From the NCBI GenBank assembly GCA_035221665.1, contig CM069139.1, forward strand, positions 75,082,001-75,146,000: DNA of 64,000 bases. The letters are read 5' to 3'. The position numbers were made by a program, and so were the translations under genes. Below, piece by piece: positions 25,016-39,871 of this stretch (position 1 is the first letter of the stretch; the number at the start of each line of letters is the position of its first letter). The stretch comes from Okamejei kenojei (Eukaryota). The notes beneath the pieces are model-generated. The model saw only the letters and a list, made by a program, of their open reading frames with translations, had not been told where the DNA came from and did no database searches.

Positions 25016-27313
25016 GGGGGAGATAGAGAGAGGGGAGGGAGAGAGAGAGTGAGAGAGAGAGGCACGCAACGGAGAGCGAGACTTGGTTGTATTTATGCTG
25101 GGTGCTCAGAGAAAGACCAGGCATTAGATGGTTGGGAAAGACCAAACATGCAAATGGATGGCCATTTCAGCACCGGAATCGCAGACGCTTGTTGAATTGT
25201 AACGCCCATAATGGAGAGATCCAGCTTGATTTATTAGACCTACCACTCCAGTGTGAGTCCAAAAAAAAAAATCATTTTCAGGCCTCAATATATCTAGCAA
25301 TGAAATACCGTCAGTCAATTCAACTTTCAATAACAAGTCAACGACGCCAATATTTTATTGTCACGGTCACATGCCACCAATGTGCAACATCGGCAAAGCC
25401 GTTTAGAAATATGTTTCCAGTACCACCTAACTTACACAGATCACATCGCAGATCTACCATTAATTAAAAATCACAAATAATTTAGCATTAACTGCATCCA
25501 ATCTGACATTCACACATTGGGTTGGCGTTTAGTATCTGAACTGATGTCCCCTATCATTTGCCCTTTGGCTCTGATGCTTTAATCGTTTGCAAGAGATATT
25601 TATTACATACAGTTGCGTTGTCTGCTTGGCCTGAAGCGGAGGTGATGTGATTACTGGAGACGTCACGTCCAAGTAGGCAACGACAGAGTGACGAGTCCTG
25701 AGTGGTCCTACCTTATCTCTAGTTATACTCTAGTTTGTAATGTAGATATAAAAGGTATTCGGGTTTTCGTTAATCTGACATGCCAAAGCCCACTTTGGCC
25801 TTTGTGATCGCCTGCTGAAATTCTTTACCCTTTGCTTTATATTCCTCAAAGACCATGTCCACTTCCATCTTCGTAAACCTTGCACACACTTTTGTTTTTC
25901 ATTTTGACCACGTTTACACCGTCTTTGGTCCTTACTTGCTTATTCTTATCCCCCCTCCTTACTGGACCATACTGGTCATCAACTTTGATCAACTGGGCGT
26001 TAAACGGCTCCGCGTGCCCGATGCGGGTTTATCTGATAACAACTCCTTTGAACGTTCCTTTCCGAGCTGCTGCCAATAACATTGTAATTTACATTATTCC
26101 AATTCAGTGCCTTCCGGATTGATCCCTTTCAAAGAAATCAAAAATCGTATGGAGCTGTGATCAATATCTCCCAAAAGGTCTTCCACTGAAACACTAGTCT
26201 CCTGTCCAGGTTTATTTCCCAACACAAGATCCAGTATATTCCCTTCTCGGATTGGACTATCCACGCGCTGCTACAGGACAACATGTGCTGCATGTCGCTC
26301 ATATGCCACAATCCAACCAGAATAGTGAAAGGCAGCATCAATAATGTTATGATTATCCATAAGGCCGATCCCTTATCACCCAGGGGCAGAAGGGCACACC
26401 AGGCCCTACTAAAATAACGAAGGTGTGGTTTGGTAAGCGAGGTAACTTGACTATCAAAGAAAATTTCAGATGCTGGAAATCTAAAATAAAAACATAAAAT
26501 GCTTGAAATACTCAACAGGTCGTACGATGTATGTGGACAATGAAACAGGGTTAACGTTTCAAGTCAAAACGCTCACTTCTCTTTCGTAATCTCACCGTCC
26601 ATACAGGCTTAATGGGTTGGCTGGCAATGCTTGTCCCCAGTTTATCCGCTATATATTATTGAGGGAGGTGTTAATAATGTTTTATAAAGATTCATCTTTA
26701 TGTTTTAACATAGCTTTCTTTTAACAGGTTTATTAGCGTCTTTTCCGCAAACCGCCGTTATACACATTATTTATTTCCAGTTTTGGTTTACCATCGTATT
26801 CAAATAGGGCGGTTGCACGTAAGGTCATCGGGTCAAAGGACGTGATGTACGGAGTAGCTCTTTCCTTCTGGAGTACAAGGCAGCTTCCGGCATACACTAG
26901 CAACACACGCAACACATATGTTCTTACCTGTTAAAAACCGCGCTGTAATAAATTGTGGAATTAGGGGTAACCGTGCGTGAAAGCCGCCAAAATCACTGCT
27001 GCTCACTACTTGCGAAAGAGCAGCGTGTCGGCGGATTAGGGCAAGTCCCAGTCCACGGCAGCCCAGGGCTGGAGGGTGACTGAGCGCTCTGAACCAAATG
27101 CTCTAGTATCTTTGCTCTGAACCCGAGCACTAAGGTGTAAGCGGCTGAAGAAGCGCATCCCTCGGGACAGCCCCCACTCTCCCCCCGGGGTCAGCGCTGT
27201 CCGGCCACGGCCACCCTCCGCCCCATCTCCCCCTGTGCGGCGGCACTGTCACGGGCTGTGGGTCGGCAGTGCCCACACACGGGGGTGGGTGGAGCGGGGC
27301 CGCGGAAAACCCG

Positions 27314-27570
27314 GCAACGTCCCCATCAGCTGCAACAGAGTTGAAGACAGTCTGGTCCATCCGCCCACTCAGAGTCACTGACCGCGCTGCACCGGCACCG
27401 GCACCGGCACCGGCACCGACACCGGCACCCCCCCCCCCCACCCCCCCTCCCCCCCCCCCCCCACCCCCACTCACCCCACCAGCCAGCAACGTCCCCATCA
27501 GCTGCAACAGAGTTGAAGACTGTCTGGTCCCTCCGCCCACTCAGAGACACTGACCGCGCTGCACCGGCAC
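27314..27570. repeat. Direct duplication of about 85 bp separated by (GCACCG)n and poly-C
   Basis: gcaacgtccccatcagctgcaacagagttgaagac... occurs at about 27314 and 27486. Confidence 0.85.
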
Positions 27571-28989
27571 AGGCACCCTGGCGAACCAGGCCTGCAGCCG
27601 CACATGGCCGTTTGGGGGAAGGGTTTGTGGGAAGGTGGGATGCAATTGGCGTTTCACATTAACTCAGTTTCACAGTTTCATGTTAACTCTGTTTTCAGTG
27701 AAGTACACGTGTAACGCGCTTGTACAAAATGACTTTGTTTCATGAGTAGTTTGGCGAAGTGAAGACAGTTCAAATATTATAATGCCAGTCACGTCCGGGA
27801 AACAAGACAATGAAATGTCGTCGTTTGTTTAAGGATACTAAGTTTCCCATAAATTAACGTCAGTGGAATGCCTAATGACGAGCGTAGTGTTTACCAGTAA
27901 CTTATTACTTAATAAATACAGCGTAGATAAAAATAACTTTAACTATACGGTAAATACGTTTTGTTTTGATTTGCGTAGTACTTCAATGTATTCAATTCCA
28001 TTTCGTTTACGCTTCTTTTGATAAAACAAAAACAAAATAGTTACTTAATTGGATTTGATACCTTGCTTGCTCTGCAACACAGATCATGCAATCACGTCAC
28101 CCTTTAACAAGGCTCGACTTTGTCCTTGCCAATTATATCGGCTATTTAATATTTAACGATATTAATCACCATGTTTTTATTGAGCATATCTGAGGTGATG
28201 CCTTAGATTACCCAAGAAATGGATCAAGTAATGGCAATCAATATGACACATTTCTTGGCATCTTATAAGGAGCAAACTGAGAAGTTTTGTTCCCAATTGA
28301 AAGGTAGTTAATAATTATAAGAAATGAAAGAGTCGGTTGTGTATTGAACATTCCATATCACTAGGTTTAACTGTAAAAATCAGAGCCAGGCCGCACGCTA
28401 AATAGTTGTTCCACACAAAACAAATGAAAGTTTGGAGTTGCCATTCTAAAAAGAAAACCTGACAACTGGGTAGCCGAACATTTCTAAGATCGACTAAGAT
28501 TTCACAACTAAGATCGTCAAGGTAAGGGATATTAAATGTTCCATCAGAGGACAGGGTTACCAATTAAATATCCAGAATGCTAGAGCAAATTAGCAGGCGG
28601 AATGCTCGACAGAAATTCATCCCGCCGCAACAGTGCGCCTAGATTGTTGATAGGTGCGGGAAGACCTCCTCGTTCCATTCCGAACGTATGACATGGCAAT
28701 TAACATCGTTCATTGCCTATTATTGAATCCTCTTCCACTGTTACCTTTGGCAGATGCCAGTATTTGAATCAAAAACATTTTCCGCTCATGTAATCCTGCA
28801 CTGACTGCATACATTTGAAACTGGGAGCCAAATTGGAAAGACATGAGCGTGAGATATGACTTGTTTCATTACACGAAACTTTGCATCCGGCAGAAACTAT
28901 GTTTTGCATCACTTCGTGTGATCAGCTTTACATAGTCCAAACTTCCCACCATTGGCTCCACCAACACTTCACGCTTCCTTGGAATAGCG

Positions 28990-29385
28990 GTCAACATAAT
29001 CAAAGACATGTCGCAACCCGGTTACTCGTTCTTCTCCGATTCCCATCCGACAAAAGTTAGAGAAGCTTGAAAGCGCGCACCTTCAGACTCAGGATCAGCT
29101 TCTCCCCCTCTCTTATAGGCTTCTAGCCGGTCCTTCCAGCAGGTGGGATACTGTCCAATTCACCTCTACCCGATTAAGGATATCGGACTTTGTTTATGGA
29201 ACTGATGCGCTACAATGCCGATAATTATATTCTACAATCCGTGTCTTCTCTTTTGATCTATTTATTGTACCTTAGTTTGACTTGATTGTGTTAATATAGA
29301 TATATCTGATCTCTTTGGATATGATGCAAAACAAAGCTTTTCACGATACCTCGATACACTTGACACGAACATACCTAAACCTAAG
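28990..29385 (+). mobile_element. Rex1/Babar-like LINE 3' fragment
   Basis: Decayed RSLKART.RLR.SF.P C-terminal motif and (cctaaa)n tail. Confidence 0.65.
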
Positions 29386-30368
29386 ATTCAAGACCCAAAA
29401 AGTCCTCTGACTATTTCCATCCACAGATGCTACCTGGCCCCCTGAGTTCATCCGGCTGTTTGTTTTCCCCCCCAAGGGTTTTGCTTAACTCTTCCTGAGT
29501 CCCTCATCCCTCGACACATTTCACCGTTCTAATGTTCTGCCCCTCCTCAATCTCACATGCACCTGTTGCACATCAGTGCTGTTGCATAACAGGTTCCAAG
29601 AATCTTTCGTCACCAAGGCTGGCTCACCTGAAGCAGTGCAGCTCTCGCAATGGTAAATCTGATACACAATCGTGTTTACAAACGACCTATAACTTGGTCT
29701 ATTGACGGAATCTGTCGGTAACCACCCTCCTCCCCTTTCACCCCCACTACCTTCCAGTATCTGGCCAACCTCCCCCAAGCCCGACCATCATCTGGACTTC
29801 TTCTGATTATGCCCTCTGCAACATTCTCGACTATAATTGTAATCCGCCTCTGTTGTTATCAACATATTGTTCCAGTGTCCATTAGCTCTCTCCTTAAACC
29901 TCATTGCATTTCCACCCCTCTCTGCTCATTTAATATTTTCCGGAATATACTCTCTTTTATTTGACCAGGGATCGTCTGTCCCGACAATTCCCAGTCATAT
30001 TCTTGAATTTGTACCACCGGAGTCCCTATACGAATGAAAATTGCCTTGTTAACTGGGCTACCAGTTGATTGTTACTGATAGAAAATACAATCTGTTGGCT
30101 GTGTCGGAAGACTCCTGATCGGTGGAACTGTACTCCCACTTACCTGTCAACGTTAATGACATGACTAATTAACGAGAACATCCCCAATTTATGCTGCTGC
30201 ATGCGATTGCCCAAGAAATTTGGACGCACGATTGGCTGTGAGATGTTTCAATACACCACAAGGACTTGAACTGGTTACATAACCGGAAGTTCAACTCTTC
30301 TCTCAGATTCGACTCTGAGCACGCCACGAACGTTCACATAGGTCGAACAAGAGGAAAGAATAGAACAA

Positions 30369-30539
30369 ATGGCAACGACACAGTATGGTCAACGTCCCAA
30401 GTACGACAGCGGCGAGAATGATGATCATGAATCGACGACTTTAATCCGCTGGAACAACTTCGAATTTTGTGGATTTAGTTTGAAGATCGCTCGAATGATG
30501 GATTCAAGATTGGGCATCTCCTCGTATATTTGGGATGCG
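30369..30539 (+). CDS. EEF1AKMT3: EEF1AKMT3-like paralog 2, exon 1 of 3 (228 aa in total)
   Basis: MATTQY...FEFCGFSLKIARMMDSRLGISSYIWDA, then GTAAGT. Exons of 171+112+404 = 687 nt join in frame. Confidence 0.9.
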
Positions 30540-31589
30540 GTAAGTCCATTGCGTCAGTCGTGTAGAGAAACAAACTAAATATAATGCCACATTTCTTATC
30601 AGTTTAGCGGATTACTGTTATCCTTTTCTTCCTGTTTTCAGTTACTATGAAATACATTTCCTGAAAAATAGTCTAACAAGCACATCAGAGATAAGATACT
30701 GCGTTAACGTGGTGCGCCGCGCATACGTCCCACGAATTATAAACAGCGCATTATTTTTAATCTATCAAGTGCCTTATGTTGAGGGACTTTTCTGCAGAAG
30801 AAAAAAGTTGAAATTATCGATCAACCTGATAATTACGGGTCATCATGTCCAGCCTGCATTTCCACCCGTTGCGCCCACGCCGACCCCCCTGACGCACTAT
30901 GATCTCAGCTGCTAATTAAACATCAAGCCCCAGTCCCGCACCAATTTCCGACGCTCGCATCATATTAATAAACATCGTCGATGCACCGGTCACCTGAAGA
31001 ATAGGGCAAGGACGATTATCGTCGTACATCCCTTGCATCTCTGTATCGCGATGTACAGCTGCGTCCGATGTGCGGCTTTAATTGGTCGAGGGCCGCTTCA
31101 TTGACGAAAGGTAGGAGCGAGGACCTCCCAATTGTTTTGAGCGTGTTATTGAGATATTCAGCCTAACTCCATCCTAAGTTGTAGGCGGGCGAACCAACCC
31201 CCCCTCCTCAGAATCTACCACAGAGTCAGCCATGCACTCAGAGCTATCACAAAGATGAGACGTTGAACCGGAATTGCGCTCCATTCTCTGAATTGGACAT
31301 TTAATTCCCCCCTGCGTTATTTGCATATGGTGGATAGATTCCTATTGCCCTGGCCAATCCCCTGCCGTTTAACCTAAACTGGCTTCTGAAATTTCCTTAC
31401 ATCATTAGGGGGATTAAACTTTAAATGTTCTGTATTGGTGAGACACTTTGCGATGTCCTTGTGCCGTGGAATGTTCTCTTCAAACGGAGTTTAAAAGAAT
31501 GTCAGCCCCACATTCATTTGACTCGATTAGGAAATGATCGGAGTGCTTCTTTCAACTGTCTTCTTTAATCTCTACAAATCGTAATTTGA

Positions 31590-31793
<204 letters not shown>

Positions 31794-33387
31794 TAGGAGA
31801 TGTGTCAATGGCTCGACGGGATGATTTCCTATGTGACAATAAAGTGTGCGATTACTCCCTTTAATGCCCCTGTCCCACTTAGGAAACATGAACGGAAACT
31901 TCTGGTGACCTTCAATTCCTTTACGATTTGGGAAAAATAGTTTCCTTATTTTAAGCCTTTCTTCGTTCCAAAGATATGAAGTGACGTTGAAGCGTAGGTC
32001 AATCTGTAGCAAAAATGTCACAATGTAACATGATATTCGGCAACAGTTCTCTGGAAATGGAATTCCCCCGGATTTATATTCGAAACATTGCAGTTTGGTA
32101 AAGCTGCTGCCAAATGACTCGGATCTGAATTCCACCGGTACTTGCCTTTGATTGAGACGCTGCTTAATCTGGTCATATTTCAAATATAAACCAAGATAAC
32201 TTACCTTTACGGTTGAGTTCGTTGGAAACATAGAATCGATTACCATAGAAACAGGCCACTTGGCCAAATTCGCTCATGCCGACCATTGGGCACCTATTGC
32301 CCAGCACTTGGTGAATAGCCCTTCGCAAACGATACGATTCAATGCTCATTCAGCCACTCCATTAGGCAGTGCAGGCGAGATACGCCCTGTCACCTGGGTG
32401 GTGAGGGTCCTCCTCATATCTCTTTTGAATCTCTTCCCCCTTCGCCCATGTATTCGAGTTTTATCTGCCTCTGCTAAGGGGGCACTTTTCCTGCAGTCTT
32501 CTCTCTACACCGCTCTTATGTTTAGATATCCAGCTGGGAAACAGGTCCTTCGGCCCGCCGAGTCCGTGCCGACCATCGATCGCCCGTTCACACCAGCTCT
32601 ATGTTATCCATTCTCTAAAAACTAGGGGCAATTTATATTTTTATTTTTAAACTCTTCCTTTTTAGGGCCAACGACAAACCTTCTCGAGTTTTTCCTCACA
32701 ACTGAATTGCTTCACCCTAAGCAATATCCTGTGAATCTCCGCTATACCCTTTCCAGCGCTATCAAACCTTTCCTAACTCTTGGTGAACAGAAATGCACGC
32801 AGTAATCCATCTGAGGTCTGACCAAGATGGTAAAAGTAGTACCCAGAGTGTCAATCTAGACCCTGCCTAATTCAATCACAGCAGAATTGAACTCCAACTG
32901 TTATTTATCTCAATTTCCATGATTTCCTGATAGTGAATTTGTTCTCCATAGGCGGGGTGAAATGTATGTCCTCATCTAATGGCTGTTACCCATCGTATGC
33001 TGCATTCCTAATCCCACGGTCAATTCCTCGCAGTGGATCCATCTTTCATCATAAGTCCCCCTATGCACTCCCTCAATAGCAAGAATTCTCTCAAATTAAG
33101 ACCAAAACTGCACACAATACAGGTGTGGTCAGTGTACAACTGAATTACCTCTTCTCGTCTTCTCAACTCCTCTCGTTAAGAAGGCCTAACCTTCATGAAT
33201 ATACACGTCAGACTGACACCCAGGTCTCGTTGCACCTCCCCTTTTCATAATCTGACACCATTCAGGGAATAATCTGCCTTCTTGTTCTTGCCACCAAAGT
33301 GGATCACCTCACATATATCCACATGCACGATATTGATTTTCTTTTTTCTCACTATCGGACGCACCCATGCATGGTATGATCTGCATG

Positions 33388-33590
33388 GTAGACACAAAAA
33401 TGCTGGCGAAACTCAGCGGATGAGGCAGCATCTCTGGAGAAAAGGAATAGGTGACGTTTCGGGTCGAGACCCTTCTTCTGACTGACGTCATCCATTCCTT
33501 CTCACCAGGGATGATGCTTGCCCCGTTGAATTTCCGCAGCATTTTGTGTCTACCTTCGATTTAAACCAGCATCTGCAGTTCTTTCTGCAA
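33388..33590. mobile_element. Penelope-derived palindromic element
   Basis: Arms gacacaaaaatgctg...cagcattttgtgtc around gacgtttcgggtcgagacccttctt. Confidence 0.7.
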
Positions 33591-34049
33591 ATTTAAACGC
33601 GATCTGTGCGGTCCGTTTTTCACACGAGATGCTGATTAATATATGCAGTTCAGAAGGCATTTGGGTCAGATACTATTTACAACGTTTGAAAGTTTTCTGG
33701 CGGGTACTCTGGCAGAGAATGAGCAGACGGACATGGCCCGAACGCGGGGAGATGGGCTAAAGTCGATGGGTATATCAATCGACAAATACGACATTTTGGT
33801 GCCTTGCGTTTCTGATTCTGGTCCTCTCGTTTTATCTTTCCAAAACTCTCGCCAGTTGTTTCTGGGAGAGGGCTCTCATCAGCAGAATCTGAGGTTTGTA
33901 AACCCAGGGGTATTCACGATTCTATTTACATATTTATTCCATTCTTCTGCAGCGAGAGGTAATATTTCGTTTCCACAAACACAGTCCAAGTGCTGATGTT
34001 TTCCAAGGATAACCGTGAATTAAACACCGATTTATTCTTTTGTTCTCAG

Positions 34050-34453
34050 GTGGCAATGTTACAATGACGGACAAACCGGATACCTTGAAGCAAATACACA
34101 GCAATATAGCTGTCAACATCCCTATTGCATGCCGACACCGTTTAAAAGTTAGTTCGCTGATTTGGGGAGAAGATCAAACTAAATTTCCCAACGACTACGA
34201 CTTCATTCTGGGCTCAGATATTGTCTACAGTTCGATCTGCTACCCTGCGCTGTTGGAAACTCTGCGTTATCTCTGCAATCAAGGGACCACGATCTATCTT
34301 TCCTCCGAACTCCGATCCGGGAATGGGTCCATTCCTTTCCATGACGTCATCCTGCCTGACTACTTTAACTGCGAGGTCGTGACCAAATTAGAGCCTAAAT
34401 GCATAGTCGTGTACAAATTGACTAAAATTAGTACAGGGCAAGTTAAGAAATAG
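34050..34453 (+). CDS. EEF1AKMT3: EEF1AKMT3-like paralog 2, exon 3
   Basis: ttctcag acceptor; GNVTMTDK..LIWGED..YDFILGSDIVY; TAG stop; AATAAA at 35022. Confidence 0.92.
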
Positions 34454-35999
34454 GGGATCTCAAACAGATATATTTGTCTCTCGCTTAATAACGCAGACAT
34501 CATATGTGTAGCACGTATATACATTTCCACTAACACGTTAAGCATTATGCAGATCCTCTAATATGCATTACTACATTATCTATGACAAAGATTTATCTGG
34601 AAACCTAACCAGGAGACAAGGGGAACTGCAGATGCTGGAATGTTGAGTGATCCACAACATGCTCGAATAGCTCCGCGGCTCGGGCAGCATGTCTGGAGGG
34701 AATGGACAGGTGGCGTTTTGGGTCAGGACCCTTCTTCATACCACAAACCTCGCTTGTCCATGCTGCTTGACCCGCTGAGGTACTCCAACATTTTGCGTTT
34801 CACTAAAAAAAAAATTAAAAAAAATGTCAATGATAAATTGAATATGTTCGGTGCCAGTATTTGCTATAGAATTCCCTGATGCATATCCATAAGTGCAGGA
34901 AGACTAGCAGAACTTATAAGTTAAGTTTAATTCCACTGCTTACAGCCCTGGACATGAATGCTAAGGTACTCTGCATTCTACATACATTAAAGTATGCATG
35001 TTACTGCGATGTTACTAGAGCAATAAATTCTGCGTAAATAAGCAAGCCCAACGTGCGATTTTTTTCCAAAACCATTTAGCACCACGAGAATAATCATTGT
35101 TTAAAATGAACCACAACGTGTCTGTGAAGTTCAAGACGGATTACGGTTAACCATCTACTCATCTGATGTGTTTAGAATCTACAGTCTTTATTTTATGAAA
35201 ATAATGTTCAGGTATCTCGGCAACGTGACTGGTCTTGAAAGCCACTCTGCCCTCAGGCCGCTCACGGATTGGCGAATTAAGCGGAGAGCAAACCCAAGTC
35301 CGTTGATCCTCTAGGAACTATTACCGAAAACTAGTATTACATTTGCTAGATCTGCCCGCGATATGTCCGTGAGGGAACGTTCCCTGTTTTCTGTCACTAC
35401 CCCAGGTTTTGTCCAGTCCAATAGAAGGTTGAGAACTACTTGTACATTCTGGGGAAAGAAACTGGAGCTTTCGTGAACATTCATCCCAGAAGGAAGATGA
35501 GGCAAGTAATCTTCCATTAAGTTATGCCGTCCACGTGGCGTCATCGACGAAACAGTTATCCTTAAATCAAAGAAACATTGGACGTAATTAAATTATGGAC
35601 TGGTTGGGGACTTCCGTGTACTTCGTCAAAGGTGGTTGGCAGTAAGCAAAATAACTCCATCGAAAATAACTGTCAGATATTCATTGAAGAACGAAACTTC
35701 CACTCTTTTCAATGTCGTTGGTGGTTTATCCGAGCCAAACCCTATTGAAACCAGATTATTCTACCCGGAGCAGAATGGGTCGTGTTACATGACAGCATTC
35801 GTGTGCTACGTCTGATAGAATACTGTAATGACTAATTTTGCCGCTTAATGATGACTTAAAGACGGCAGGCAGGAGGAATTTCACCACCACAATTGGTAAC
35901 CTCTGACAATTATATTGTTCTTTCTGCTTCCATTATCAAGGTAGATTACCCTACCAACGCTGTTTGAACGCTGTATCAATGATTTCTCGAGCAGCTTCA

Positions 36000-37890
36000 A
36001 AGAGCATTGGAGTTGTACAGCACAGAACGGAATTTTCAGCCAATCGTATCTAAGTTGTCCATCATACCTATCTATACTGATGGCAATTGCTATTTCCCTC
36101 TTTGCCCTGCTCATTCATGTGCCTATCCAGATGCTTTTCAAAATCATGCTACTCTTCCTGTTTCCATCACCTCCACCGACTCGCCCTAGATTACTACTGC
36201 TCTTTCAGTGAGCCACCCCTCAGAACTCATTTAACATAAATCTGACATCTTGACATAAATCTGTTCTCTCTTTGACACTGCTACCATGGCAAACTTTGGC
36301 TATCTACCACATCTATGCGTCACGTAGTTTTATACAATTTCATCATGTCACCACTCAGACGCATTCTCTCCATGGAATACAAAGCCCAGCGGCTCTAGTT
36401 TCTCCTAAAGATTCCAGCTATCGAATCCAGGCAACATCCGTATGAAGGCACAAGAGACTGCAGATGTTGGTACATTGAGCAAAACGCAAGATGGTGAAGG
36501 GATGCAGGGCGTCAGACAGCATCTTTGGAGAGAATGTGCAGATAACGTTTTGGTCTAAAGAAGGGTACCGGCCGAAACAGGCTTGTGAATCGTTTCTGCA
36601 CCCTCTCTAGATTAATCGCGAGGTTCCTATATTGTGTCGATCTGAAATGCATATGATACTTCCAACGCAGCCAAATAACACGTCCCAACTTTATACCACG
36701 TGTTTTCGCTGATGAAGGCACGGTTTACCATCTCAAAATACATCGCGTTGCACTTGTCCCCGTTAAATTCCATCTACCATTCCTTTGCCCTCGTTTCCAG
36801 TTGATCAATATCCAGTTGTCACTTCGCCACCACTTTTCACTGTGCACCATGCGGTCGTTCTGGGGGTCATCTGCAAACTAACTAATCACCCACCTAATAC
36901 TCAGCCAAATCAATAACATATATGACAAACAACAGGGGAGCCAGCACTGATCCCGGCAACGGACCATTGGTTACATGCCTCCAATCTCAACAAGAATGAC
37001 CCTCCATTACTCGTCTTTGCATCCTATATCAAGTCAATTGAGGGTCCAATGTGTTGATAGCTTCTGGCCATTCTGTCATCCGGGTCTTATTGAACACCTG
37101 CCCTCATAAATCTTGTTGGTCACCTCTTAAAAGATCAATAAATTCGTGAGACATTGCTTCCCATGCACAAAACCATGCTGTCTATCCTTGATTTTCCAAA
37201 TGCAAGTTAACCCTGTCCCTCAGATTCCCTTCCAACAATCTTTCCAACACCGATGTAGGGCCCACTGGTCTGACATTCTCTGCCTTATCTCTGCTACCCC
37301 TCTTAAATAAAGGGACGACATTAGTTATCCCCCAGCCGTGGCTGGTAAATCACCAATGGCGGACATAGACACAAAAATCTCTGCTCTGGCCCTGGCGATC
37401 TCCTTTCTTGGTGAAGAATAATAGGACGTTAGCCCTTAACTCAAAGGTATTGCCTTACAAAAGCAGTAGCGTTACGGCAGTTGTGCACGAGGGAATTGTG
37501 AACAATTAACTCCCTATATTTGAGATTTCATATTTCATTGAAGGTGATTCAGAGAAGGTTGATCCCGCAAAAACTCGGATTTAAAAGAGTTGTCCGACAT
37601 AGAAAGGTTAAGGAGGTTGGGACTTTCCTGATTGGAAGAATGAAAGTTGATGATATTGAAACACTTAGCACGAGGGAGCACGGCAGAAACATGCTGAGAG
37701 GCTGTTTCCGCTCACCAAGGTCTGGGAGGTCAGCAACCAGAAAGCATGGTCTCAGAATAAGAGGGCACCCGTTTCGAACCGAGTGAGGAAGAATTTCTTA
37801 AATCAGAGGGCTGTGTCTCCTTGGATCTCCTTGCCCGGGGAGCCGTCGAAACAGAGTCCTCGTATATATGCATACAAGGCTTAAATAGAT
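36000..37890. mobile_element. Old CR1-type LINE fragments, both orientations
   Basis: Decayed LERVQKRFT, ISKFADD-like and HGLRIRGHPFRTE motifs. Confidence 0.65.
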
Positions 37891-39750
37891 GACCGCTCAG
37901 TCAGATACCAAGGACCCACTGGGTTATTTTTTTCAATCAGTTAATTCATCCGTATCCTGTCGCCCGCTATTTGCCGCGGTTCCCCTTGCCTTTATGGTTC
38001 TGGTGGAAAGCATTGGCTTAAATATCCTTGGTCCAATTAAAATAACGCATAAATCGTGTTTCCGTACAGCTTAACATTGTGCATCATAAACGGCCGAGGA
38101 TAATCAGATCCACTGAAATAAGTCGAGCTATTTTGGTATTCGGAATTGAGTTATAAAGAAGAAGGAAAACCGATGGGAGACAGAAAACACGAAAACAACG
38201 GTGACAGATATGTTCATGTTGGTGCAAAGCTTTACGTGCGTAAACGAAAGGATTTTTGAGTAAAATATACTAATCAGATTAAAGGTCTTTGTATGACAAT
38301 AATTGTGGCTTAGGCATCTTTCTATGAGGGCTGATCAAAATATAAATCTGTGCTCTTACATAAATTATTACATCCGATGCCAAATCTCTGTCCTTTTCGC
38401 CCACAAAGATCACCCAGCACACCTGTTACTTTGCACCAACGAACACACGCCCAGCATTGTTCGCCTGCACCAATAGTGGGAGAATAAGTGCCTTCGGCCA
38501 TGCCAACTACTGGCCTTTAATGCATTTCACAACAATACACCTGGCTCTGCAGATGTTCAATTTGAATGCGCTTACTGTCTGTTAGATTATTGTTTATATA
38601 CTCCATTCTGAATCATATGATATGTCAGCCTTTCTTGAACCGGCATGAATGGTACTTTATTTGTCACATGTACCCATGTACAGTGAAATTCATTTTTATA
38701 TGCAGTTCGGTGCAAGTATCATAAGCACTAGAATAGATTTTAGATAAACATCTCAGATACAGCACTGGCGTCTAGCAGAAGCACACTGAGGCAGTAGAGA
38801 GAATCGCCAGTTCTTGGTGTCATTTTCGAGTTCCAAATGCAGGGAGCTTGACCTGACCGTGATGCCCGTTGCCCCGACGGCGTTGCATGGTCCCCGGCTA
38901 AGCGCAGCCGTCGTGTCCTCCACCGCTGCTCTGTCCCTGCTCCACCGGTGTCGGCCGCGTTTTGTCCACGTGCTTGGCTCTTGGAAGCGGCGCCCAATCC
39001 AGCCGACCCCATGCTGTTGCAGGGCCTCTCCAATGTTTCCAGGAGGTTTTTATTTTGTTCCACAAATTACGCCCACTTTAAAGAAGTTCTCCATTCTCTC
39101 ACAGGAGTGCCGTGAAACTCTCCCTCATCGATCTCTATCGGTGATTCTTGTTGCTCTCCTGCTCTTCAACCATGTTCCGACACATTCTCGTCACCACAGC
39201 CACATAGTTTCCACAATACTTGCAGCGTTTATCACTTACCCAACTTCAATCCCCCCCCCCCCCCCCCCCCGCCCCCCCCCCCCCATCTTAATGCCGCCCA
39301 TCCATTCTCTCCACGGTTGATGTCTGATTGGCTGATTTCCTCCAGATTTCAGCAACAGCAGTTCCTTGGCTCGTCAATTTTTATTTGAGATATATCTTTT
39401 CTGATTTTTTTTTTTTGCTTTTCAATTGACTCCAATTATTATGCCGAGCGGTGCACTTTCTCAATTCGCGCTTTACGATAGGTGACCGATTGCCAATACA
39501 TTGAGGAGCAAATTCCAGGTCCCATCGCTAACAATGTTATTAAAGAACAGCACTTCAAGTTGTCTTAACGCCCTCACATTGCCGTAATTAAGCCAGTGAT
39601 TATATACCGAATCAATCTGACTCTGCCGGACGCTGTGGGACGTCCTATGTTCGACATTCCGTGCTTTGTGATCTTTTAGGGATAGGCCTTAGAATTCAGA
39701 AAAACATAAATTGGAAATAACCTGTAAATACCTGCTTAATCGGGACCGTG

Positions 39751-39871
39751 GCGCCTGCTGGTGCGAATATCAGCTTCCTTCTACTCTCTAACCTGACAAT
39801 TCGCAGAGACTGCAACATCTCTTTGTTGGAAAGAAAACATGAAGTGGTGCATTAGTGGCGCCCTCTGGGGC
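39751..39871 (-). promoter_or_regulatory. Pair of candidate CTCF motifs
   Basis: Minus strand GCCCCAGAGGGCGC (39858-39871) and GCACCAGCAGGCGC (39751-39764) vs consensus CCASYAGRKGGCRS. Confidence 0.35.

Noticed and set aside
24594-25195. ORFs spanning the N run
   Set aside because: They are open only because of the assembly gap and GA repeats.
27130-27553. Poly-Pro and poly-Gly ORFs
   Set aside because: Low-complexity sequence plus a local duplication; no recognisable domain or splice support.
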